Positions 9,767 through 18,571 of a DNA stretch of 64,000 bases are shown piece by piece. Position 1 is the stretch's first letter. Each line of letters opens with the position of its first letter. The notes under the pieces are model-generated. The model had not been told where the DNA came from. It made no database searches and saw nothing but the letters and a program-made list of their open reading frames with translations. Made by a program: the position numbers and the translations under genes. The DNA comes from Hyphomonas sp. (GTDB taxonomy: Bacteria; Pseudomonadota; Alphaproteobacteria; Caulobacterales; Hyphomonadaceae): assembly GCA_041398445.1 (NCBI GenBank), contig JAWKUR010000015.1, forward strand, positions 16,852 through 80,851. Reading direction: 5' to 3'.

Positions 9767-10998
9767 CAGTCGATCGCCGCGTAAGCGAGTTGCTGGAATT
9801 GCGGCCGCATCGGATAGGTCGAGGACGGCATCAGCTGGGTCATCTGGATGCCGATGATCTCTTCTTCCGGGTCGATCCAGAAGAAGGTGGAGGCAAGGCC
9901 GCCCCAGCTGAACGTGCCTTCGCTGCCCGGTTGCTGGGTGTCCACCACATCGGTAACGACCGAACCGCCGAGACCAAAGCCTGTGCCGCCGGTGATGACC
10001 TCGCTGAACAGGGAGCGGCCCATGTCGCGGATCGTCTGCCCGCCTGGCAGATGGTTCTGGCGCATGAACTCCCACGTCTTGGGGCTGATGATCCGCTCAC
10101 CTTCCAGCGTGCCGCCGCGCAGCAGCATGAGGCAGAAGCGGTGATAGTCCCGCACCGTGGAGACGAGGCCGCCGCCACCGTTCAACAGGGTCGGGCGTTT
10201 CGCATAGGCTTTCGAGGCCGCACCCGCACCGTCCGAGAGTTTCACCTCGCCGGTGATCGCGTTCTTCTCATAGCAGGCCATGAGGCGGCCGATCTTGTCT
10301 TCCGGAACCCAGAAGTCGGTATCCACCATGCCCAGCGGGCCCGTAATCCGCTTGCGGAAGAATTCGTCCAGCTCCATGCCGGAGACGATTTCGACAATCG
10401 CACCCAGCACGTCGGTCGAGTGGCTGTACCACCATTCCGTGCCCGGCGAGCATTCCAGCGGCAGTTTGGCAAGGCGTTTCGCCATCTGCTGCAGCGTCTC
10501 ATCCGGACGGCCGATCTTTTCCTTGCGGTAAAGTGCATCGACTTCCGACTGCATCATGAAGCCGTAGGTGAGGCCGGACGTGTGGGTGAACAGGTCCAGC
10601 ACCTTCATCGGCCGGTCAGGCTTGCGCGTCTTGTAGTCTTCGCGGCTGCCGCTTTCGAAAACTTCGACATCGGCAAATTCGGGAATGTAGCGGGCGACGT
10701 CATGGTCGAGGCGCAGCTTGCCTTCCTCGAACAGCATCATCGCGGCGAGCGACGTGATCGGCTTCGTCATCGAATAGATACGGAAGATCGTTTCAGGGCC
10801 GATGGGCGTGCCGCCGCCGAGTTCCGTCGTGCCGGTATAGTCCTCCAGCGCGACTTCGCCATTGCGCGAGATCAGCGTCGCCATGCAGGGCAGCTTGCCC
10901 GTGTCGAGATAATGCGCCTTGAAGAAGGCCGGAACCGCTGCGAGGCGATCTGCATTGAGGCCAACTTCGTGCGGGTCTGTTGGGTCGTGTTCGAACAT
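9763..10998 (-). CDS. Serine hydrolase, beta-lactamase/esterase family VIII
   Basis: SMTK (SxxK), LFTHTSGL, WWYSH, WGG. Confidence 0.9.
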   Translation of the reverse strand: MFEHDPTDPHEVGLNADRLAAVPAFFKAHYLDTGKLPCMATLISRNGEVALEDYTGTTELGGGTPIGPETIFRIYSMTKPITSLAAMMLFEEGKLRLDHDVARYIPEFADVEVFESGSREDYKTRKPDRPMKVLDLFTHTSGLTYGFMMQSEVDALYRKEKIGRPDETLQQMAKRLAKLPLECSPGTEWWYSHSTDVLGAIVEIVSGMELDEFFRKRITGPLGMVDTDFWVPEDKIGRLMACYEKNAITGEVKLSDGAGAASKAYAKRPTLLNGGGGLVSTVRDYHRFCLMLLRGGTLEGERIISPKTWEFMRQNHLPGGQTIRDMGRSLFSEVITGGTGFGLGGSVVTDVVDTQQPGSEGTFSWGGLASTFFWIDPEEEIIGIQMTQLMPSSTYPMRPQFQQLAYAAIDW

Positions 10999-11433
10999 TT
11001 ATTGGTCTCCCTGCGCGATCTGCGCAAACATTGTGACAACTTCTGCAAGTGAAATCGTGAATATTCCCGCCCGGCCAGCTTCGACGGCTTCTTTCCAGGT
11101 TGTATAGCCATCGGCATACCCGTCCAGCATGGGCCGGTCCTCCGCAACAAGCTCCACCAGGGACGCCCTCAATGCGGCTTCGCTAAACGGGACGTGGTCA
11201 GCAGTTCCGTTCAGCGTATGGCCGTTCGCTAACTGCACCCTCGGCATACCGGTGATCGAGACACTGACGGCAACGTCATCATCGAAAGGCTCAATGTCTC
11301 CGATGATGACGCGAGTCTCCTCCGAAGGGGCATCCTTGAACGTCCAGACTTGACCGCGCTCCAGCGCCACGGGTTCGGCATTCGCCAGACCGATACCGAA
11401 CAGAGCAAGGAAAGCCAGCAGCCCACGTTTCAT
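10999..11433 (-). CDS. Secreted hypothetical protein
   Basis: Signal peptide MKRGLLAFLALFGIGLANA; GQVW, HVPFS, GYTTW motifs. Confidence 0.7.
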   Translation of the reverse strand: MKRGLLAFLALFGIGLANAEPVALERGQVWTFKDAPSEETRVIIGDIEPFDDDVAVSVSITGMPRVQLANGHTLNGTADHVPFSEAALRASLVELVAEDRPMLDGYADGYTTWKEAVEAGRAGIFTISLAEVVTMFAQIAQGDQ

Positions 11434-11443
11434 TGCCTGACCC

Positions 11444-12604
11444 CTAAAGCTTCCCTGACTTCGCCGCACGCGCCAGTTCGCGGGCGATGATGATCTGCTG
11501 GATCTGGCTGGTGCCTTCATAAAGGCGGAAGATGCGCACATCGCGGTAGAAGCGCTCAATGCCATAGTCGGAGACATAGCCTGCGCCGCCGAACACCTGC
11601 ACCGCGCGATCAGCCACGCGGCCGCACGCCTCAGTGGCGAACAGTTTCGTGGAGGAGGCGAGCAGGGTGACGTCCTCACCCGCATCGCGGCGGCGGGCAG
11701 CATCCATGATCATGCACTCGGCCGCATAGGTCTCGGCCTGGCTGTCGGCAATCATTGCCTGGATCAGCTGGTGTTCCATGATCGGCTTGCCGAACTGCTT
11801 GCGCTCCAGCGCATAGTTCACCATCTCGCGGATCAGGCGCTTGGACACACCCGTTGCCACGGCGGAGATGTGCAGGCGGCCTTTATCCAGCACGCTCATC
11901 GCCACCTTGAAGCCCTCGCCTTCCTTGCCAATCATGTTGGCTGCCGGCACGCGGGCGTTGTCGAAGATCACGTCACAGATATGGGCGCCCTGCTGGCCCA
12001 TCTTCTTCTCCGGCACGCCGACGGAGACGCCGGGCGTGTTCCGCTCGACCACGAAAGCCGAAACGCCCTTCGCACCGGGCGTGTCCGGATCGGTCCGGGC
12101 CATGGCGGTGAAGATGTCCGCCTTGTTGGCATTGGTGATGAACCGCTTGGTGCCGTTGAAGACATAGTGATCGCCATCGCGGATGGCTTTGGTGGTCAGG
12201 CCGCCTGCGTCTGAGCCGGCTTCTGGCTCGGTCAGGGCGAAACTGGCGATCAGGTCACCGGAGGCGACGCCGGGCAGCCAGCGCTGCTTCTGCTCCTCGG
12301 TGCCGAACAGGACCAGCGCCTGGGAACCGATGCCAATATTGGTGCCCGCGACGGAGCGGAAGGCCGGGGAGGTCTGGCCAAGCTCGAGCGCGACTAGGCA
12401 CTCGGTTTCCATGTCCAGCTGCAGGCCGCCATATTCCTCCGGTACGGCAATGCCGAACAGGCCGAGATTTTTCATCTCGTCGACAATCTCCTGCGGCACC
12501 TCGTCCTTCTCTGCGACTTCGGCCTCAGCCGGCACGCATTTCTCGGTCACGAAGCGGCGCACCTGCTCGATCAGCGCATCGCGAATCTCGGCATCGAACG
12601 GCAT
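11444..12604 (-). CDS. Acyl-CoA dehydrogenase
   Basis: FALTEPEAGSD, GTKRFITN, RKQFG, YEGTSQIQ. Confidence 0.95.
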   Translation of the reverse strand: MPFDAEIRDALIEQVRRFVTEKCVPAEAEVAEKDEVPQEIVDEMKNLGLFGIAVPEEYGGLQLDMETECLVALELGQTSPAFRSVAGTNIGIGSQALVLFGTEEQKQRWLPGVASGDLIASFALTEPEAGSDAGGLTTKAIRDGDHYVFNGTKRFITNANKADIFTAMARTDPDTPGAKGVSAFVVERNTPGVSVGVPEKKMGQQGAHICDVIFDNARVPAANMIGKEGEGFKVAMSVLDKGRLHISAVATGVSKRLIREMVNYALERKQFGKPIMEHQLIQAMIADSQAETYAAECMIMDAARRRDAGEDVTLLASSTKLFATEACGRVADRAVQVFGGAGYVSDYGIERFYRDVRIFRLYEGTSQIQQIIIARELARAAKSGKL

Positions 12605-12711
12605 TCTTGGCCTCCCTTTCAATCTGTTTGCCGGGGCAATCTATTCCCCAACGACACGCTTGTCGAAGGGTAACCGTGCGGTATCGTGCCGCCGAAATGC
12701 AGGGAGCAGAT

Positions 12712-13143
12712 GTGACCAAGACGATTGAGACTTCAGGAGAATTCGCGGGCTGGACCACCTGGGTGGAGGAGCCGTTCGAATATGAGACGGCCGGACCGTT
12801 CTATTTCACCGTTGACGAGCAGGGCGCCGTCGCCGCCTTCCGCGTGCAACGCAAGCACATGAATGCCGGCGGCGTCGTGCACGGCGGCTGCCTGATGAGC
12901 TTTGCCGATTTCTCCCTGTTCGCCATCGGTCATGAGGCCATGGAGGGCGCGTACGGCGTGACCGTCGCCTTCACTGCGGAATTCATCGACGGCGCGCTGG
13001 AGGGTGAACGGCTGGAAGCGCGCGGCGACGTGCTGCGCAAGGGCGGCTCGCTCAGCTTCGTGCGCGGCATCGTCACCGGCGAGGATGGCCGCCCTGTCCT
13101 GAATTTCTCCGGCACAATCAAGAAAAAGAGGAAACAGCCATGA
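12712..13143 (+). CDS. PaaI-family thioesterase (GTG start; ATG 12697 alternative)
   Basis: HMNAGGVVHGG.LMSFAD hotdog motif; GGGAG RBS. Confidence 0.88.
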   Translation: MTKTIETSGEFAGWTTWVEEPFEYETAGPFYFTVDEQGAVAAFRVQRKHMNAGGVVHGGCLMSFADFSLFAIGHEAMEGAYGVTVAFTAEFIDGALEGERLEARGDVLRKGGSLSFVRGIVTGEDGRPVLNFSGTIKKKRKQP

Positions 13144-13928
13144 GCCAGCCCCCCTATGAAGCGCTGTCGCGTTCCATCAAAGGCAAGACCGCCCTCATCA
13201 CCGGCGCCGCCAGCGGCATGGGCCGCGCGACGGCGCACCTGTTCGCCCGCGAAGGCGCGAATGTCGCCGTCACCGACCTGAAGCAGGAAGCCGTCGACGC
13301 GGTGGTGGCCGAGATCAAGGCCGCCGGGATCGACCATGTGAAGGGCTGGGCGATGGACGTGTCCGACGCCGCCACGATCAAACGCGTGGTCGACGAAGCG
13401 GCGGCGCATTTCGGCGGGCTGGAAATCCTGGTCAACAATGCCGGTTTCGCCATCCCGGCAAACATTGCCGAGGAAAGCTATGAAGACAGCTGGGGCCCCA
13501 CGATCAATGTGATGCTGACCGCCCACCAGCGCGCCATCCGTGCGGCGCTGCCTTATATGCGCGAGGCCGGTTATGGCCGGATCGTGAATGTGGCGTCCAC
13601 GGAAGGCCTCGGCGCGACGCCCGGCAACTCGCCTTATGTCGCCGCCAAGCACGGCGTGATCGGCCTCACCCGCGGCCTGGCCGTGGACCTTGGCCGCGAA
13701 GGCATCACGGTGAACTGTATCTGCCCCGGCCCGATCCTGACCGGCATCACGGCGGGCATCCCGGACGAGCACAAGGAAATCTACGCCAAGCGCCGCGTGC
13801 CGCTGCGCCGGTATGGCATTCCGGAAGAGGTGGCGAACATCACCCTGTCCTGCGTGCTGCCGGCGGCGAGCTTCATGACCGGGGTTCACATCCCGGTGGA
13901 TGGCGGCCTGACGATAAAGAACGCTTAG
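13140..13928 (+). CDS. SDR family oxidoreductase
   Basis: TGAASGMG, NNAG, YVAAK. Confidence 0.92.
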   Translation: MSQPPYEALSRSIKGKTALITGAASGMGRATAHLFAREGANVAVTDLKQEAVDAVVAEIKAAGIDHVKGWAMDVSDAATIKRVVDEAAAHFGGLEILVNNAGFAIPANIAEESYEDSWGPTINVMLTAHQRAIRAALPYMREAGYGRIVNVASTEGLGATPGNSPYVAAKHGVIGLTRGLAVDLGREGITVNCICPGPILTGITAGIPDEHKEIYAKRRVPLRRYGIPEEVANITLSCVLPAASFMTGVHIPVDGGLTIKNA

Positions 13929-15121
13929 GGCGCGCAACGCTCTTTCATTATGGCGGCGGTGCGGGCAACCAGTGCATCCGCCGCCGCATCGTCCATCGGG
14001 CCGGTGAGCACATGCGCCCCCAGGGAATGACCGAGGCCGGGCAGGATGTGGATTTCCGCCCGGCTGCCTAGCAGGCTTTCCGCGACCGGCTGCTGGAACT
14101 CGTAACGGACCTGGGAATCCCGGTCGCCATAATAGAGCAGAAACGGCACATCCCAGGCCGCGAGCTTGTCCGCGATGGGAGCTTCGTCCGTATACCAGTT
14201 TTTCCACCAGCTGTATTCGGCCATCGGCGTATCCACGTTTGGATAAGGCGCCTCGTCGTCCATTGCCAACGCTTCCGCCCGGGCCTGTTCATAATGCTGT
14301 GTCTGTGCCGCCACCACATTGTCGATGTCCTCAGACGTCCACCGGCCGGATGGGTGACGAAAGGGCTCTACCATGTCGAATACGGCTGAAGGCGTTTCGC
14401 GCCATCCGCGCTCCACCTCACGCGTCGTGACAATGCCATCAGCATTCTCGTCCATCATGCGGAGCGAAAAGGCATCGCGTCCCGTCAGCTGCCACTTGAA
14501 TACGTCTGCGGGAGCCTGAAGGGGTGCACCGATCCCAACGACCAGATCCGGCGTAGGCGCACCTGCCGCGGCAAGATTGGCAATGTGCTGTATGCCTTCG
14601 GAATGGCCGAGCAGGGCGATGCAAGCCGCCTGCCCGCCGAATTCTTCCTGCGCCAGCGCATAGACGGCGCCGAGATCGTCGCGCTGGCTTTCCACCGTAG
14701 ACGTTCCGGACACGGCCTTGTCCAGCACCTGCCCGTCTGCTGGCCGGTAGCGGACGCCGCGCCGGTCATACCGGACGACGGCAATTCCCGCTTGCGTGAA
14801 CCGGCGCGCCAGATCGGCAAAAATCGCATCACGTTCCGTGCCGGAATTGCTGAGCCGTTCGTCCCGGTCGAAAAGGCCGGTGCCCGCCGACAGGACAATG
14901 ACCGGCTCACGCCCATCGGCGCCGAAGGGCTCATCCACCTGCCCGGTTATCTGCGTGCCGTCCGCCGAGGCAACCGAGAAAACCCGGCTGTTTGCGCCGA
15001 CATCCGACAGGACAGGCAATGGCTCTGCGGCTGGTTCAGGCACAGGCGACTCAGCCTTCCGCGAACATCCCGCCGCCAGCAGCAGAGCTGCGGCAAGCGG
15101 GATGAGCGCAAAGCGGTGCAT
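13925..15121 (-). CDS. Alpha/beta hydrolase lipoprotein
   Basis: LAAGC lipobox; YDRRG, GHSEG nucleophile elbow, GDRD, GLGH. Confidence 0.82.
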   Translation of the reverse strand: MHRFALIPLAAALLLAAGCSRKAESPVPEPAAEPLPVLSDVGANSRVFSVASADGTQITGQVDEPFGADGREPVIVLSAGTGLFDRDERLSNSGTERDAIFADLARRFTQAGIAVVRYDRRGVRYRPADGQVLDKAVSGTSTVESQRDDLGAVYALAQEEFGGQAACIALLGHSEGIQHIANLAAAGAPTPDLVVGIGAPLQAPADVFKWQLTGRDAFSLRMMDENADGIVTTREVERGWRETPSAVFDMVEPFRHPSGRWTSEDIDNVVAAQTQHYEQARAEALAMDDEAPYPNVDTPMAEYSWWKNWYTDEAPIADKLAAWDVPFLLYYGDRDSQVRYEFQQPVAESLLGSRAEIHILPGLGHSLGAHVLTGPMDDAAADALVARTAAIMKERCAP

Positions 15122-17799
15122 CAGGGCACGGACGCAAAGGCGGCTTCCAGGTCTGCCTGTGTCGCCTTTTTCTGCGCCATGCAGAGATTGATGGTTTCGC
15201 GTGTCTGCAACAGGACGCGCTCATGCCCTTCGGCCAGACTGCCATATTCGTCGAACAGGGCATTCATCCGGTCCAATCCTTCGCTATCGCAGAAATACCC
15301 GGCGAGCCCCGGCGTGCGGCGTTGCCACTGTGTCGGCACCGCCTTCAGGAAAGCCGGGAAGTTGGCCTCAAGGAAGGCCCACATCGCTTCGCGTGTCTGC
15401 GGCGACTTCATCTGCAGCTGCGCCATCATGTAGGTCTCACGCGGGCCAAGCTCTGCTGTGCCGATCAGCGCCCGCGTGCGTGCGGCCTGCTCCGGGTCGG
15501 TCACACTGCCCAGCGCGGCAGCCACAGCCTGGCCGAATGCCGGATCGTCGACCTCATTATATGCCTTCAGCACACGGTCATACGCAGCCTGCCCGCCTTC
15601 ATCGAGAAGCACGCTGAGGCCGGAAGCGTAAAGATCGCTGGAGAGCTTCACATCCGGCGACGCAGGATCCGTCAGCCATTTGTCCATTTCGGCACCGAGG
15701 CTCTGGCGGGCATCTTCCCGCTTCAGGATCGTCGCGTCGAACTCGGTGAGGCTCGCTTCCAGTTCGGCATCGCCGCCATCTTCTGTCAGCAAGGTCCGCA
15801 GCCGGTCGGAGGCCGCCAGTGCATCAGCACGTAAGCCTTCCGCCGCCGAGCCCTCAAGACGCTCCATCAGGTCTTCATAAATGCTGAGCACAGCCGAAGC
15901 GACCGCCGCATCCTCATGCTTTGCCCCGGCGGCGAGCAGCTGGCGCAGCGTGACCGCATCCATCTCTCCTGCGTCGAAATCCGCTTCGCCGCTGTCGATG
16001 GCAGTCAGGGCTTCCGTCGCGCTGAGCCCCGGCAAGGCCAGGATCATCCGCGCCCAGCCATCGCCCGCCATGTTGAAGCGGTAATAGCCGGTGCCATTGG
16101 CATTCGGATGATAAAGGTCCGGACAGCTTGCGCCCTCCAGCGGCATCACCTGACGGCGCGCCCGCATCAGCGTGCAGGACCGGCCCGTCTCGTCGCCTTC
16201 CTGCCAGGATACGCAGACCGGGATGATCCAGCGGCGGTCAGGATCCGCATCCGAGCCGAGCGGACGATAGCGGCTCTGCTCCAGAACGACCTTGGCACCA
16301 ATGTCCGAGCACTGAAGCTCTGTCTGGAGCAGTGGCACGCCGTTCTGCTTCACGAAGGTCCTGAGGGAGCGGCCAATGTCCGGATTGCCGGTCGCCTTGC
16401 CGACGCTCTCGAAGAACTCCTCGCTGTCGGCGGCCTTGTCGGCGTATTCGGCGATATACTTGCCGAGCGCCGGGCGGAATTGCTCCGGCCCGAACCAGGC
16501 ATCGACCATGCTGAGCACGGCCTGGCCCTTGTTGTAGGTGATCGCGTCATAGGCGTTTCGGATGTCCGCATTCTGCGTGACTGGCTGGGCCACGGCGCGA
16601 GCGCTGGCCAGGCTGTCGAGGCGCATGGCCGAGATCGCATCGGCAACGGCCTGAATGCCGTGCCCGCCATCCGGCTCAAGGAAGCCCAGCACGGCAGGCT
16701 CGGCCCAGCTGGCGATGCCTTCCTTCAGCCAGAGGTCGTTCCACCAGGGCGGGGTGACGAGATCGCCGAACCACATGTGCGACAGCTCATGCGCGTGCAC
16801 GCCCTTCATCGAGCGCAGGAACATCGCGCCCGACTTCTCGTTCGCAAGAATACGGCTTTCGCGATAGGTGATCGCGGCGGCGAGTTCGGTGGCGCCCGAC
16901 GGCCATTGTGGCGCGGCGATGATGTCCAGCTTCTCATAGGGATAGGGCTGTTCCAGCGCCTCTTCGAAAAACTCCACCATGGCGGGCGTGCTCGAAAGGA
17001 TCGCCTCCAGCTGGTCGCCCTTGCCGGAACGGGCATAGCCGGTCAGCGGGATGGGCCAGTCACGCCACGCATTCGGCGGGATCGCCCCGGCAGACACCTT
17101 GTCGAAATTGCCGACAGCGACCGACAGGAGATAGGTCGACAGCGGGCGCGTGGGCAGGAAGGTGATGCGGTCAAAACCGGGGCGGGCCTGAACACGCGAG
17201 GCCACCGGCGTGTTGCCGATCGCCAGCATGTCTTCCGGCACAATCAGCGTCATCTCGAACGGCGCCTTGAAGCCCGGTTCGTCAAAGCTCGGCAGGAAGC
17301 GGCGCGCCTGAATGCTTTCGGACTTGGCGAGGGCATAAGCCTGCCCCTGTTCCTCAACCCGGAACAGGCCAGCCAGGTTCACATCGAAGGCAGCGGTATA
17401 GTCGATGCTGAGCGTCACGCCGCCAGCATGGACACGGTTCGGAAAACCGACCCAGACCACGCCGGTCGGGTCCACTTCCGTCCAGGTGGCCGGACGGGTT
17501 TCGCCCGCTGCCGTCACCGTGACGGAGGAAACGTCGAGATCCGCCCCGTGCATCCAGATGCCGGTGGCGGAGGTGGCGAGGTTCACGTCGATCTCGACAT
17601 GGCCGGAGAAGGCCGCCTCTCGCGGGTCGACCGTCATCTCCACCCGGTAGGCCACCGGCTCGGCGACGCCTGAGAGCTTCCCGGCGGGCGCTGCGGAAGC
17701 CAGCTGGTCCAGGGGCACGGCCCGGACTTCGGGGCCGAACGCCGAAGGCTGCACGCAGGCCCCCAGCAGGAGAAGAAGGCACGCCGCCAGTTTCCGCAT
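15121..17799 (-). CDS. M1 family aminopeptidase lipoprotein with ERAP1-like C-terminus
   Basis: LGAC lipobox; ARRFLPSFDEP, HELSH...WLKEG, YNKG. Confidence 0.92.
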   Translation of the reverse strand: MRKLAACLLLLLGACVQPSAFGPEVRAVPLDQLASAAPAGKLSGVAEPVAYRVEMTVDPREAAFSGHVEIDVNLATSATGIWMHGADLDVSSVTVTAAGETRPATWTEVDPTGVVWVGFPNRVHAGGVTLSIDYTAAFDVNLAGLFRVEEQGQAYALAKSESIQARRFLPSFDEPGFKAPFEMTLIVPEDMLAIGNTPVASRVQARPGFDRITFLPTRPLSTYLLSVAVGNFDKVSAGAIPPNAWRDWPIPLTGYARSGKGDQLEAILSSTPAMVEFFEEALEQPYPYEKLDIIAAPQWPSGATELAAAITYRESRILANEKSGAMFLRSMKGVHAHELSHMWFGDLVTPPWWNDLWLKEGIASWAEPAVLGFLEPDGGHGIQAVADAISAMRLDSLASARAVAQPVTQNADIRNAYDAITYNKGQAVLSMVDAWFGPEQFRPALGKYIAEYADKAADSEEFFESVGKATGNPDIGRSLRTFVKQNGVPLLQTELQCSDIGAKVVLEQSRYRPLGSDADPDRRWIIPVCVSWQEGDETGRSCTLMRARRQVMPLEGASCPDLYHPNANGTGYYRFNMAGDGWARMILALPGLSATEALTAIDSGEADFDAGEMDAVTLRQLLAAGAKHEDAAVASAVLSIYEDLMERLEGSAAEGLRADALAASDRLRTLLTEDGGDAELEASLTEFDATILKREDARQSLGAEMDKWLTDPASPDVKLSSDLYASGLSVLLDEGGQAAYDRVLKAYNEVDDPAFGQAVAAALGSVTDPEQAARTRALIGTAELGPRETYMMAQLQMKSPQTREAMWAFLEANFPAFLKAVPTQWQRRTPGLAGYFCDSEGLDRMNALFDEYGSLAEGHERVLLQTRETINLCMAQKKATQADLEAAFASVP

Positions 17800-17923
17800 C
17801 AATCGCTTCCTTGTCTTGCTATCAGCCCCATGCATAGCGCATCAGGGCGGCCATGAAACCCACCCTGTCGATACCCGATCCCCGGCCGGTATTCGAGAGG
17901 CAGACCGCCGCAGACGCGGTAGC

Positions 17924-18538
17924 CTAGCCTGCGAAGCCGCGCGCCTTCATCGCGTCATACCAGCGGCCGAGATTGGCGTGTTCCTTGTGGGGCGCCCACT
18001 TCATCACGCGGCAGAAGCCGCAGGCCACGAACAGCGTGATGTCCGCGATGGAGAAGCGATCCGCAGCGAGGAACTCATGATCTGCGAGGTGGGCATCGAA
18101 GCGCTCCGCCATCTTGCGCGCGGCCTTCTCGCCCTTGGCGGCAGCCTCTGCGCTTTGCGGCACTTCCAGCGGCGCCATGGCCGGATGTGAGTTGCGGAAC
18201 CAGGTGGCGAACTGGATGAAGAACATCAGCTCCACGCGGCGGTCCCACATTTCGATCAATGCCTTTTCCTTCGGCTCTGCGCCCATCAGGTTCGGCTCCG
18301 GGAAGATGCCTTCGAAATAGGTGCAGATGGCGCGGCTCTCGGTGATCTTCGTGCCATCGTCCAGCACCAGCGCCGGAACCTGCGAGAAGGGCGAGACTTC
18401 GCGGTATTCCGCCGTCTTGTGCTCCTGCTGCATGATGGAAACCTCTTCGAGATCGACCGCATCCAGCTTGCCCTTGGCGCGCAGGAAATAGACGACCCGG
18501 TCGGGGTTTGGCGCCTGAGGGCTGTGATAGAGCTTCAT
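17924..18538 (-). CDS. Glutathione S-transferase family protein
   Basis: APNP, QVPAL.LDDG..ITESRAI, FSIADI. Confidence 0.9.
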   Translation of the reverse strand: MKLYHSPQAPNPDRVVYFLRAKGKLDAVDLEEVSIMQQEHKTAEYREVSPFSQVPALVLDDGTKITESRAICTYFEGIFPEPNLMGAEPKEKALIEMWDRRVELMFFIQFATWFRNSHPAMAPLEVPQSAEAAAKGEKAARKMAERFDAHLADHEFLAADRFSIADITLFVACGFCRVMKWAPHKEHANLGRWYDAMKARGFAG

Positions 18539-18571
18539 GGGTTCCTCCTCGTTATATCCGGCCTGTTTTCT

